DNA of 64,000 nt from the human T2T-CHM13v2.0 reference genome, Homo sapiens. Position 1 is the first letter of the stretch; every line of letters starts with the position of its first letter. Below the pieces are notes generated by a model. It was not told the origin of the DNA. It worked only from the letters and a program-made list of their open reading frames with translations, and made no database searches. This document shows positions 1 to 14,620 of the stretch, one piece after another. A program made the translations under genes and the position numbers. The stretch is taken from the NCBI RefSeq assembly GCF_009914755.1, contig NC_060940.1, one strand, 5' to 3'.

Positions 1-202
1 TCCCCCAGGATTTCAAAGCAGGTCCTGAGTATTTTTGTTTGTTTGTTTTGTCATTGAGCTAAAATGACATGAGAGGTGCTTGGAAAGTACTTTTCCCTAT
101 AAAGCAATGTCTTGCCCAGGTGACTAAAATTCCACCATTAGCTACTAATTCCTTTTAGTCAAACAGTGCTCTCCCTGGATATTCTTTTAAAAAGAAGATT
201 CA

Positions 203-524
<322 letters not shown>

Positions 525-1929
525 CTAGAGGAGAGGCCTAAGCAATGCTTCAGTCCTGGAAAAACAAAGTAATAATAATAACAATAACGGTAGCAATAAC
601 TAACCTATACTGAGCAATCAGTATGCTCAAGGCACCATCCCAAGTACTGAGGACACAGTTGACTGCAAAGGCTTTTGAGAGGGTGAAGAAAAGCATGTGT
701 CTATTTTAGATAAGAAGCTGCTAATATCTCCCCAAAATACCACTCCCAAGGCTGAGATCAGACACTTGGTGTCTTTCCAGCAGAGAAGCATCGCCACATT
801 TGCCATCTCGAAATAAGTCTGGCATCTTCCATGGACAAAACTTTTGGCTGCCAAGTAGCTGGGGCACGCCTGAGGCTCTGGCCACCTGACGTCCTAGAGG
901 GAGGGCCTTGCACGGAGTCCTAGCAGCGGAGAGGGGAGAGCAGGGGGAGGCAGGGGAAAGTTTACCTCGACACTTTTCCCTAAAATGCTGATCTTAGGTC
1001 TAGACAACAGAAAAGATGCTGCTAAAATTACTATGAAGTCTTTCCCCAAAAGGCATTTGGTTACATCTGATTTTAACGTGCACTTGCAGAAGTCCACTCT
1101 CTGGGCCCATCCTGGGCTTCCAGATGAGGGTCTGGAAAGGGCCCCTGAGATTATAAACCCAATAAAAGAGACGCAGAGGCCTGGGGAGGACTTTCCAGGA
1201 AGGAAATGCAGAGCAGCAACAGGAACACAGGTCCCATCAGACCAGGGTGCGGGTCCAGAGCCACACAGAACGCCTGATACCGCCTTAGCCTGATTGAGGA
1301 CAGCTGGGGAGAGTGGTGCTGGGCAGGAGGTGCTCAGGCAGAGCTGAGACCCTGAAGGTAGGAGAAATGGGGACAGTGCAGTTAGAGAACAAAGAAAACT
1401 CAGTAAGAAACAAGACCACCATGTCACTTATCCCAGGGTTTCTGTTGTGCACATGCATGCTTTGTCCATGCAGTTTGAGTCTATCCATCTTTTGACCCTA
1501 CTAGATGAGTGTGTCGCAAGGTGTGGTTAGCTCCATTTTATCAATGAAGAGAATACGAGGCCCAGAGAGGTTAAGACACCATTTCAGGATCACACAGCTG
1601 CAGTACCAGGCCTCCAACCCGCCAGTTCACAAATGCTCCATCTCTTCGCTCCAACATTCTGACCTTTTTTGAGTTCGTCAACTGTGCCAAGCCCTCCCCA
1701 CTGCTGGGCATGGTGAGCTGTATTCCATCACCACCAAAGGCCCATCCAGTGCCAGGCCTGCCATGGTCACCTCGCTACTCATGTCTCAGTCACAGCTCAT
1801 CAGTCCTTTTTCTCAGAAGGCTTCTGTGCAGTTGAAATCTAATTCCCCTACTCCTTGATGCACCGCCCCCCAGAATGGATCGCATGATAGCATCACACCC
1901 ACACCTACCTTTCCTAGAGCAAAGCCATA

Positions 1930-2055
1930 TAAAAATACCTGGAGGGATTGCTGAAACTCAGATGCCCGGGCGCCCACAGAGATTCTGACTCAGCAGAACC
2001 TGGATAGGGCCCGGGGATCTGCATTGCTACCAAGTTCCCAGGTGAGGCTGACCCC
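1930..2055. mobile_element. MER5-like hAT-Charlie fragment
   Basis: cagagattctgactcag...gggcccggggatctgcatt...caagttcccaggtga signature. Confidence 0.65.
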
Positions 2056-2126
2056 ATGCTGTCCAATACAGTCGCTACTACCCTCATGTGAGTATTTAAA
2101 TAAAAATTAACCAAAAGTAAATCAAA

Positions 2127-2604
<478 letters not shown>

Positions 2605-2668
2605 TACATATTGTTAAAATAAATATTTTTAATTTTTTTAACTAAATCAAATTTAAAATGGCAGCTCT

Positions 2669-2996
<328 letters not shown>

Positions 2997-3153
2997 TCAA
3001 ATGCTCAAAACCCATATGTGGCTAGTGGCTACCATATTGGACAGTACAGATATAGAATATTTCCATCTTCACCAAAAGGTCTATTGGACAGCACTGGTCT
3101 AGACTCTAGAGCACATGTTACTGTTAGTAATCATAGGCTCATCCACGAGTATC

Positions 3154-3432
3154 TTTTTTTTTGAGACAGAATCTCACTCTGTCACCCAGGCTGGAGTGCA
3201 GTGATGTGATCTCAGCTCACTGCAACCTCCGCCTCCTAGGTTCAAGCGATTCTCCCTGCCTCAGCCTCCCAAGTAGCTGGGATTACAGGCACCCACCACT
3301 TTGCCTGGCTAATTTTTGTATTTTTAGTAGAGACAGTGTTTCACCATGTTGGCCGGGCTGGTCTCAAACTCCTGACCTCAGGTGATCCACCCGCCTTGGC
3401 CTCCCAAAGTGCTAGATTACAGGAATGAGCCC
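3154..3432 (-). mobile_element. AluS-like
   Basis: Reverse Alu; TSD catcca(c/t)gagtatct. Confidence 0.9.
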
Positions 3433-3450
3433 ATCCATGAGTATCTGATT

Positions 3451-3720
3451 ACAGATGGTCCCTGACTTAAAGTGTTTAGACGTGCAATGGTTCAACCTCA
3501 CAATGGTATGAAAGCAACACACATTTAGTAGAAACTGTACTTCAGTACAGTACTCAATAAATTACATGAGATATTCTTCCCTTTATTATAAAATAGGCTT
3601 TGTGTTAGATTAGTTTGCCCAACTGTAGGCTAATGTAGGTGTTCCAAGTATGTTAAGATAAGCTCGCTAAGCCCTGATGTTTGTAGGTTAGGAGTATTAT
3701 TAAAGGTATATTTGTTGAAT
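3451..3720. mobile_element. TcMar-Tigger MITE (MER47A-like)
   Basis: TA|cagatggtccctgactta terminus; internal tttgcccaactgtaggctaatgt. Confidence 0.7.
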
Positions 3721-3722
3721 AG

Positions 3723-3856
3723 GTGGATGGATGGATGGATGGATGGATGGATGGATGGATGGATGGATGCATGGATGGATGGGTGGATGGATGAATGGAT
3801 GGACAGATGGATGGACAGACGGACGGACGGACAGACAGATGAATGGAAGGATGGAC
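3723..3856 (+). repeat. (TGGA)n microsatellite, degenerate 3' half
   Basis: Direct reading. Confidence 0.95.
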
Positions 3857-5838
3857 AGTGAGCTGAATGGCAAGAACTCCGAAAGGGGCAGAGACTCCCA
3901 GTGGCCTAACTCCTCTTGAAGGCAGACCCCCTACCTCCCTTGATTGACCTGCTAGAGCATGAACCCTCTGCTTAATCCCATAGCCCCTGCCCCAAGATAT
4001 GAGCAGCAGAGGAATATCCGCTAGGCCTTGGATAACCATGTCCTGCTTAACCAAGAGGAAGCTCTGTTGGAAAAGAAAGTCAATGCTAAAATGCCTTTAC
4101 TATTTTCAGTTCTTGGATACCTAGCAAACAAGAGCTGACAATCTGACTTTAATAGCTCCAGTTCTGAGTGTCTTAAAGACATTTCTTTCCAACTAAGTAA
4201 CCCAAATAAATTTAGCTACATTTTTTTAATAAGGAGAAATAATTAAAGAACAGATGGTGTTGCTTACTTTGAAATTTTTGCTCTAAAATAGATTTTGTGT
4301 GCACCTTGGTTGGAGTTCAACTCTCCCCCTCCCCCTTGCATTCGTGTGTCAGGAAAGGAGATCAGTTCACTAATTACCTGGCTGTCTTTTCCCTACAAGA
4401 TCCCAATTTAAGAATCTCGTTTCATTCTAAGAAAATTAATTCAAAATGCCAAATAATTTAAAAATGTATTAAGATTCCCCTTAGACTAGAAAGCAAAAAG
4501 GAGCTTTCATTTGTCTGTTAAAAATCACCTTGGGTAGTAGATTGAAGTTTAGCTCTTAAGACTTGATCCCCACAATTGGGCTTTTGGCAAAAGCTATGGG
4601 TTCCATATGTCCACAAAATGTTTCATTTAAAATATATGTGCTTTTAAATTGGTCTCTGACCATTTCTATGCCACAGTCTCTAACTGCTCCACGCATTTTC
4701 CCAACCCTTGGAGCCTTGTTCGCCTCGGAAGCTAGACTCTTTTATTTGCATTGGAGGTAACCTATTTCCAGCATGCCAAAACCTGTTCACTTTCAAAGCC
4801 ACTTTTGGAGATTTTATAGCCTGAAATGGAATAAAATTTAAATTTAATAAAATTTGAGACCTGAACAAGAAAAAAAAGAAAAACTGAACGGGTTTAAAAG
4901 CCAGCTACCCAGACGCGGAGGAAAATATTCTAAGAAAACCCCACAGGGTGGTGGGGCGGGGGCAGGGGCGGGGGGCGATGGGGAGCCAGACCATGGATAG
5001 CCTGCCAAATGTCATCTGGGGCTGGCTTTAGAAGAGAACCAGAGCTGGGGAGGCAATGCAATTATTTAAATCCAGAAAGAAAAATGTTTGCTCCCAAATT
5101 TGGCAGCAGATGATTGCCTCTGATTCTTCCCATTTCCAACTGATTCCATGCAAGCTTAAGTGGAGGAAGCTTCAGGCCCAGAAGAACGCACAGGATGAGG
5201 GTCCCACACCTGGGCTCGAGGCGTGGTCTGCAAAGTGAAAAGTCCTGCTCTGTGACCAGATGAACGGAGGGTCTCACTCTAAGGCCTTCAGGGGTGGCAA
5301 AGCACATTTTTCTTTAAACCACAGGTTGTAACAAGAAGAGATTTCTCTCTTCCTTTGTTTCTCCCTGTCTCTGCCTTTGTCCCTGCCTGGCAGCCCCCTC
5401 CTCTGCCCCTGCTGCTCTCTTTTTCCCTCCCCCGGTGTGTGCGAAGGCCGAGCCTGGCTGTCACTCAGGCCCTTCTGTGGGCCCAGGGAAGGAGGCCACA
5501 CGGGGCTCCCCAGGCCTCAGGGTATTTATTACCACCCCCGACAGCCCAGACCCTCTGCAGCCTCCAAGGCTGTGCTCAAAGGCGGTGAGGTCTGCTGTGC
5601 ACAACCATGAAAGGGCCTCTGGGGGATGCATTCAATGCCTCCAGTTGGGTCTTCCTCTCTCTCCCGGAGAAGGTTCAATCACTTCCACATCCCTATCCTG
5701 CTAGAGGAAAGAGCTGGGAAAGCCGAAGATGAGTAAGAAGAAACACTCCAGCAGTCCCTGGTTGGCTGGTGAATTCCAACAGCACGTGGGCAGGATCTCC
5801 TGATACAGGAGACTGTGGGAGTATTTGGGCTGAAATGA

Positions 5839-6297
<459 letters not shown>

Positions 6298-6366
6298 TAG
6301 TTCGAGCTCCTTCTGTCTGCCTACTTCCCTTGCCCCACCCCTCAGCCCAAGGCCTCCCCTGCTCAC

Positions 6367-6382
6367 CCCTCTTCTTATGCAT
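6367..6382 (-). CDS. ZNF423: ZNF423 alternative N-terminus MHKKR (coding part of a 69-nt exon)
   Basis: Minus strand reads ATG CAT AAG AAG AGG G|gtgagc, phase 1 like the other first coding exon. Matches the recalled human ZNF423 isoform starting MHKKRVEEGEAS. Confidence 0.88.
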
Positions 6383-6435
6383 CCATGTCTTTCTTCTTTT
6401 ACAGGGTAAAATCCATCCTTCTCCAGGAAGTTTTC
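6367..6435 (-). other. ZNF423: ZNF423 alternative 69-nt internal exon
   Basis: Acceptor tttgtatttattcccccag|GAAAAC (AG at 6437-6436) and donor G|GTGAGC at 6366. Confidence 0.8.
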
Positions 6436-6994
6436 CTGGGGGAATAAATACAAAATTTCTTATTGCAGGCTAGTAAGCATGTGCAATCTCCTGGTGAAAT
6501 AACACTTGTATACCCATTTGACAGATGAGCAAACTGAGGCTCAGACTACTTAACGACTTGCCCAGGTAGTCATCTACGCAGCCAGGATTTAACTGCTTTT
6601 CCAGATACACAAGTGAATTTTCAAAGCCTCTGGATGGCTGATCCCCTGTCTTGAGCAAGGTCCTTCCCTGGGGTATGGCCCAGAGGTCAGGATAGGAGGC
6701 CCTAAGGCATCCTCACCTTCTCTTCAGACCACCCTGGTGACTAATGACTCTGGGCAAAGCAGAGAGGCCCGAGTCGGGGACAAGGCCTGTGATCGACCTT
6801 GAACTTAAGAAGCTCCAAGCTCTCACCAGCGATGCTAATGGGCCAGGAGTAACCTGAGCCAGCCCTTGGATGGAAACTCAAGCCATTATGCCTGGCTGGC
6901 CTGCTGGTCGGCTGGCATCACTACCTGGACAGAAGCCTCACTTCTCCATTTCACGGGGCTTCTGTTCAGAGCAACCTTTTCTCTTGCAACAACA

Positions 6995-7235
6995 AAACAG
7001 CTCCCATTTATCAATCACTGACTAAGTGCCAGACACTCTGCTAAGCACTTTACACACATTATCTTGTTTAATCTTCACAGCTGTGCAGAAAAAAACGAGT
7101 GTTAATGCTGCATCACAGGCAAGGAAACTGAGGCTCAGAGAGGATAAGGAAGTTGCTCGAGGGTGCACAGCTAGCTGGTAAGCTCAAAGCTGGTGTCTGA
7201 ACAGGCCTGTGTTCCTAACCAGAGTCCTATGCTGC
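6995..7235 (-). mobile_element. MIR, near full length
   Basis: aaggaaactgaggctcagagagg core plus flanks. Confidence 0.75.
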
Positions 7236-7515
7236 CCTTGGAAGGAGATTCTTGCTTGAGATTATGGATAATTTGTTTTAATATTTTTTCAAAATGCTCT
7301 GCAACATTCCGAAAGGGAAAGAAAAAAGTTATAACTTGTTGGGGGAAAAAAAAAGGAGAAGAAGGAGGCAGAGGAGACAGTAAGAGGAAGGTTGGGTAAT
7401 CTGCGAAGTTACCGTGATATGTGGAGGGAAAATACACACACACACATACACACTTGCACATGTACACACACCAACAGGCTTCATCTGTCATGTATCTGGG
7501 ATTTTGTGTTAAAGG

Positions 7516-7781
7516 GGCCGGGCACAGTGACTGACACCTGTAATCCCATGGGAAGACAGAGGTAGGAGGATCACTTGAGCTCAGGAGTCCGAGACCAGCC
7601 TGGGCAATATAGTGAGACCTCTCTACAAAAAAAAATAAAAATTTGGTACACACCTGTAGTCCCAAGCTGCTCAGGAGGCTGTGGGAAGATCGCTTGAGCC
7701 CAGAAAGTGGAGATTACAGTGAGCCATATAATGCCACGGCACTCCAGCCTCGATGACAGAGTGATAACATCTCAAAAAAAA
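7516..7781 (+). mobile_element. AluJ-like with small internal deletions
   Basis: Alu consensus similarity. Confidence 0.88.
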
Positions 7782-9516
7782 TTTTTTTTTAATCCAAAAG
7801 GGTAGTTTTTCTCATCTAGGGTTTAGATTATTAGTGTCAAAACTGGGGGGGAATGTCCCAAAATAAATTATTCCCTATCATGCTTCTAAGCTACCCAAGA
7901 GACTTCTAAGCCCACAGCCAGGCATTGCGTCTCCAGCCAGACACTGCACACGCTTCCTCAGAGTCCTCCCAGCAGTCCCAAAGGTAGAGATTAGAGCCCC
8001 CCTGTCACAGGTAGGGACCCTGAGCCTCACAGAGAGTAAGGTACAGGCCCATGGTTCCTCAGGTGACAAGAGACAGAGCCAGGTTTTGAACCCAGGTCAG
8101 CCTGCTTCCAAAGCACTTCCACCCTGCTTGCAACTTCCAATCATGCCAATACCAAGTTGGGGGTGGGGGAGGTGTGCTGTTGCTAAGTGGTCTCAGGCCA
8201 GGAGAGAGAGCTACAGAGATGCTACACAGAGCCTGAGTGGCAGGAGAGTGGCACTCAAATCCTCAGCTCTGGCCAGATTTCAGGAAGGCAGGAGCACTGG
8301 GTGGGGAGCCAGGAGACCTGGGCACCACCAGAGCTCCAAGATAAGCTTGGGCGAGTCACTTCCCATCTCCAAGCCTTTCTAAGCCTCAAATGCCATTTTC
8401 CTGCAGAACAGGAGCTTTTCTGGGTCTCACTCCAGAAGGAAACCTGACCCCTTGCTTTCCCTTCCTGGACCCCGCCTCTCCACCAAATGCCACGCTGCCC
8501 AGAAAAGGACGAGATTCCAGGGTGCCCCGTAAGCAGAGGCCCTGAGAATCCAATGGGCGGGCACCTCCACCCACCAGCAGCTGCCCTCCTCTCTGATGCA
8601 AAAGAAACTCGTGGGCTGGTTTTTAAGACTCGAAATAAAGTTTAAATATTACGTGGAAATTACTAAACAAATCAAATCACTGTTAAGTAGATGTCACAGG
8701 CTTCCTCTAGACAATACATTTAATGAAGATTATTGTCCTCCTGGTTATAGTTTTAGATTTGCATTTTATTATCAGAGAACCACTTATGCATTACTCCAGG
8801 ATTTTCATTAGGTAAATAAATTTTTATGTGGATTTCATTATATTCCCTTGGCTGAAATCCTGATCACTTAACAGCAAGAATGCTGCTCCGACATCCTGTG
8901 TGTCAATCAGGATGTAACTGTTTCCTTTGGTTGTTGAAAATTACTTTTTAAAAAATCTGGTGTTGATGGCAAAAGGAAGAGAGATAGGGTCAGAACTCTG
9001 GGTAGGTTTTGTGTCCAGTTCTTTCACTGAAACATACACACACCCTAAAAAGAAATTTTCTATTTAAAAATAACACATGTAATTTTACATACATGGGATA
9101 TATAAGCTCCCATTCTCTCTTTCTCTCCATACATATATATAATATATACTTTTTTTTTTCCTGGTGTCACTTTGGCCTCTCAGATGTAAACTGACACAAT
9201 GGCACCGGGTCTAACAGGACTGAGGTGCAGGTCAGTACCAGAGAAATAAAGTTGAAAGAAACAAGCTTGGAAGAAGCAGGAAGGAAGGCAGTGGGGGAGA
9301 CATTCCTGGAAAGGCAGCCATCAGCAAGAAAAAAAAAATCTTTTCTAAGAAGTCTAATATGAAGCAATTAAGCTAATTGGAATCTAGATTGTAGTGGGTG
9401 CCTCCGGAAACTTGAGACCAGGGGACTCTCTTGCTGGAAAAATCACACCTCAATATCAATGAGCGAGGGCGTGAATGAACGAAGTGGTCAGAAACAGACC
9501 ATAACATCCAGACCTA

Positions 9517-9980
<464 letters not shown>

Positions 9981-10184
9981 TCAATCCAGCCCAGAGGACT
10001 CAAAGAGAACCTTCCAAGATGCCTTTCTTAAGAGCAAATGAGAGAGGCAAAGCTCTCAACATGGCCAGGGCACGCAGCAGCAGGGGCTACCCAAAATGCA
10101 GTTAAGGGGAAGGGGAACAAGTCAGGCTGGATTGATTCATGGCATCTTCAACCTTAACTCCTGCCCAGAGCCAGGACTCTGATG

Positions 10185-10375
10185 TTGAGGTCCCAGTCCC
10201 TAACCACCTGTGTGATTGGGGAAGGTCATTACCCTCCCTAACCCTGTTCCTTGCCTGTGATAATAAGAATAACAGCACCAACCTCATAGAGTTGCTGTGA
10301 GAATCGAAAGAACTGAATAGGGACTGCTTATGTCTAGTGCCTGGGACGCAGGAAGGAATCAATACATGTTCACCA
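10185..10375 (+). mobile_element. MIR
   Basis: acctcatagagttgctgtgagaat...agtgcctgg. Confidence 0.6.
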
Positions 10376-10459
10376 TTACAGGGAATGTTTTCTACACAGA
10401 ACTATCAGCCTGAAAGTGAGTCACTTTCCGACAGTTCTTTCCAGCTGTTGATGACTTAC

Positions 10460-10704
10460 CAAAACTACCTGGACTCCAATTCCAAGTTCTTTAAGGACGC
10501 AACAAAACCTCCTTAATCTTCGATCCCAAAATTAGTCACCTGTGATACTCAAGTAGGGGTTTGACTAAGCATTTCTCTCTGACCTTTGAAAAGGCCACTG
10601 GGGAAGAAAGCAAAGGGACATGATAAAATGAGGATGCCTGAAAGGAGGGTCCCCGCTGCAACAGTGGTCCTCTTCAGGGGGACATTCCGGAGGGTTTGAT
10701 TTTC
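10460..10704 (-). other. ZNF423: Candidate non-coding alternative first exon that would splice to the 69-nt MHKKR exon; 5' end approximate
   Basis: Perfect donor TTG|GTAAGT at 10459-10454 in unique sequence ~4 kb upstream of the MHKKR exon. The 5' boundary comes from my recollection of the annotated transcript and cannot be derived from the sequence. Confidence 0.55.
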
Positions 10705-11217
10705 TTCTCTATAGTTTTGTGTAGTATTCTTATCTGCTGCAATTGAGCAAGTATTGCAACATTTTAAGGACTTTACCATTCTGTGAAGGAAAAGATATTA
10801 AAAAATATAATTGCCAAGCAGCTCAGAAACATCTTCCGCATAAAATAAAAGAGATACATCTCCCGGCCCAGGTCAGCCATCTGACCTCATCACCCACTTC
10901 TCCCGATCACCTGCTCGCTCCAGCCTCCAGCCACAGAGCAGGCCCCCGCCTCATCCCTCCTCAAACACACCAGACAGTCTTCACCAGTTCCCCCACCCCT
11001 CATCCTTCCTTGTCTTCCTGAGCCCTCGTCTCTGACAAACTGTATACATTTCACTTCCTTGTCTGGTTACCAACAACAACAAGCAGAACATCAGCTCCAG
11101 GAGGGCAGGGGTTTGGATGTTTCTCACTGCAGCAGCAAGAACCCTACCTAGTCTGGGACACGACAGACGCTCAGTAATACTTGATTGGATGGAAGAATGA
11201 ATGAATGAACAGCTAAC

Positions 11218-11597
11218 TTTTTTTTTTTTTGAGTTGGGGTCTCATTCTATCTCCCAGGCTGGAGTGTAGCGGCTCAATCATAGTTTACTGAAGCCTTGAG
11301 CTCCTGGGCTCCGGCAATTCTCTCACCTCAGCCTCTCGAGTAGCTGGGACTACAGGCATGTGCCACCACGCCAGGCTAATTTTTGCATTTTTATGTTTTG
11401 TAGCAATAGGGTCTATGTTGCCTGGGCTGGTCTCACACTTCAGGCTTCAAACAATCCTACTGCCTCGGCCTCCGGAAAAATTGTTATGTTGCCTTTTTTT
11501 TTCAGTGGGGGTAGAGAAAGAGCTATTCCATTCTTTTTCTGGGGGTAGAATATCCCCTAACCCTGGGATTATAGGCGTGAGCCACCATGCCCAGTCT
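11218..11597 (-). mobile_element. AluJ-like with an ~89-bp foreign insert
   Basis: Alu interrupted between cctcggcctcc and ctgggattataggc. Confidence 0.88.
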
Positions 11598-11791
11598 GAA
11601 TGATTAACTTGAAATCACTCTTACACATTTATTAAAGCAGCCCCAAGAATCTCTTTTTACACACTTTCTTAGTGACCCTAGTATGAACTGCTAAAAGAAC
11701 TTCCTGGAAGTACAAGTGCAAGCCATTTCGTTGACTCTTCTCCGATTCAGACTTTTCACGAAATTCACAGTGGCCTCCTGCCCAAAGAGCA

Positions 11792-11805
11792 CCACCAGAT
11801 GGCCC
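11792..11805 (+). promoter_or_regulatory. Possible CTCF motif
   Basis: CCACCAGATGGCCC, one mismatch at the 3' end. Confidence 0.4.
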
Positions 11806-13071
11806 ATCTCCAGGGTCCTGACCCCACATTCCAAATTCAGGCATTTTTCTTGAAGAGCATTTATCACTCAATCAAGCCACCCACCCTGCCAACCCTGAAT
11901 AACACCACTTACGGGAGGCTCAGCCATCGCTGCTTAGAATCTCACTTGTCCTCAAATATCTCCTGTTTATCTTGGTAACAGTCTACATGAATAGTCCGTT
12001 TGTTGGAAGAACATAATATTTTCCTTGGCTTTTAGGCAACAGTCTGGCAAATGAGCATTTCCCCATGTAACTTGTGATGGCTTTATGCGAGCAGTTAATT
12101 AGAATTACACAGACATGTTTATAGAAGTTTAAATGAAGCATAGTTCGAGTTTGTGAAAATATATATAATTACTCACACCGACACTTCCCACTGAAAAAGA
12201 AAAGGCAACATAACATAAGCAAGTTCCCTAAAAGCAACAGCAGGGGCCTAGAAAAGACTCCGCCAGCTTAAACAGCTCCACTTTGAGGGACTTGGGGAGA
12301 CCAAACCCTGTTGGGGAACCCACAGACCCACCACCAAATGCTTTGCTCATTAGACTCACACTGCAGCCAACAAATTCCCCAAAGAGCCCCTGGGCGGGCG
12401 CCATGCTCCAGGCGAGTCCTGTGTGGATCCTTGTACATACACTACAGTCCCGCCCACGCACACGCAGAAAGGCCATCATCTGTCCCACAACCGGCTATGG
12501 AGGAGAGGTCTGGAGACCCAGGGAGGCTCTTTCTCTACCCCCAGGGAGAATGAACCGTATTTTTGGCAGGCTGAGGACTCAAATTAGGGAGGCTTCATGG
12601 CAGGCTGGCCTGTGGCCTTCAAGACCCTTTCTAGCCTGGTTCCACTCGCCTCCTGGTCTGATCCCTGCTCCCGCTGGGCCCTCATTCACCCTCCAATGTT
12701 GCCAACCCAGCCAGAGCAAGCCGTTTTCTCCTCTATCCCCAGTCCCACACCAACAATGCAGCAGCACCCATATCATGTGGCTGTCCCCAGACCCACGTCA
12801 TCTGAGCCCTGGGGATGGTCAAGCCGGCTATTCCAGGCAGTTACTCAGATTGCTTGTTAAACTTGAAGGAATCACAGCCAACTCTTTCCACCTCTGTGTT
12901 GTGTAGAATGACCAACTGGCTCCCAGATCAGCCTTACAATCTGGCATTGGCAATCCTCACAACGGAACTGCTTTCCCAGGAGTGGGCTGGGCTAGATACC
13001 CCTGAAATGGAAGGATCCCACTATCTCATGGACAGAGGGAGTCCCCAGCAGTGTAAACGAGCCCTCCTTCT

Positions 13072-13178
13072 TTGAGCCCGAGAGTTGGAGGTGGCAGTGA
13101 GCTATGATCACACCACTGCATTCCAGCATGAGTGACAAAGTGACACCCTGTCTCTAAATAAAAATGCAAAAATAAAAA
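13072..13178 (+). mobile_element. Alu 3' fragment
   Basis: Right-monomer 3' half with A-tail. Confidence 0.8.
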
Positions 13179-13569
13179 CTGTCCTGGAGCAAAGTGACCA
13201 AACCTGTGCAGAAAGGGTCAGATCCAGATGTCCAGACCAGCATCCATGTTGCCCCCTGGCTTCAGCGGGCACCTACCAGCCAGGAAGGCGGCTGAACTGT
13301 GTCCAGACTCCCTTCCTCAGCCCACTCCGCTGCACAGGTTCACCACTGCATGCCCTACCTCCAGATTGGATTTTTTCACAGAAGTGGCCCTTGGAGAAGC
13401 CCTGCCAGCAATCCCAACACTGTCAAGAGAAGTCAGCTCCATGGGCTCATGGAGAAGTTCTTGTTCTTCCTCAAAGAACAAGAAGAAATGTGGGGGCTCC
13501 AGTGGAGAGGAGGACAGAAACAGGAAAAAAGAGACAGGAATTCAGGTAAGATGGGGGACAAGCGGCTCC

Positions 13570-13960
13570 TTCATTCAGTCAATATCTCCTAAATGCCAAC
13601 TACATGCCAGGCACTGTGAATCCCTTCTCCATCCCACTAACCCTTTCTCCTGAAGCCTAGGGACACAAGAGTGGGCAAGTCAAACCTGGCCCCTGTCCGG
13701 GGACAGTCGAGCGGCCACTGAGGAAGGAACTGTAAACAAGTGAATACATCAATAAATTCCTACTGAGAACAACTCACATGACATTAAAAAGAGCAAGAGA
13801 GAGACAGTAACAGCAGTGGGCCCACTTTGGGAGAAGGGTCAGGGAAGGCCGCGCAGAAGAGGTGACATTGAACCTGAGTCCAGAAGAAGGAGAAGGAGCC
13901 AGGCAGGCTAGTACAGAGGAAGAGTCTCAGTCACGGGGAAAGCCATGCAGAGGAAAGAAC
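13570..13960 (-). mobile_element. L2 fragment
   Basis: ttcattca...tacatgccaggcactgt and gtcagggaagg...gaggtgacatt motifs. Confidence 0.6.
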
Positions 13961-14079
13961 GGCACAGTCCTAGGACATGAGTTGAGGCCGGGGGACTGAT
14001 GAGATGTGAGGGAGAGCTCCCATGACATGAGGGAGATGCTCCGGAACCTTGCATGGGAAGAGACAGCCGCTCACACAAG

Positions 14080-14620
14080 CTCCCCCAGACAGTGCTGGGT
14101 GCTCCCCAGCAGCCTTTCCCCCTCCTTCTTTCTTGCTGGCCTAATTCAAATTTTGCTTGAACATCCCCAGATTCACTAACTCCAAAGGGAGCTCCGTATG
14201 TTGGCCTGAGATTGGTGCAGGATGTTCAAGGGATGCCGTTGTCAACACAGTGAGATACAAGGGAGGGAACATGGGGACATTTAGGAGAGGTATCTTTCCC
14301 CTAAAGACAGGCCTGTGTCAGGGAGCTTCTCTCTCCTGGTCTTTGGACACTGATGTGTCGGGGGGTGATGTCTGGCACCACAGCAGCCATTTCTTCATCA
14401 TGAGGAGACAAATCCGAGGGCACCAGCCAATGAGTTGAGCAGGACAGAGCATAAAGACAGAAGGCAGCTCGATCTCTGCTGACAGTACTGAGCTGCTCAG
14501 CTAAGTTCTCTGCAGCCACACTCCTCCACACTTCTCATCCTAGGAGATCTCACAGCCCCTCATGCTTGAGCTTTTCCGAACTTGGATTGCACATCTTGCA
14601 GCTCGAAGCATCCCAGGTGA
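14080..14620. mobile_element. MLT1-type MaLR LTR (old)
   Basis: gtgatgtctggcaccacagcagccat...catgag, ending cttgcagctcgaagcatcc. Confidence 0.6.

Noticed and set aside
12283-12906. 207-aa plus-strand ORF
   Set aside because: TTG start, no recognisable domain, antisense intronic position.
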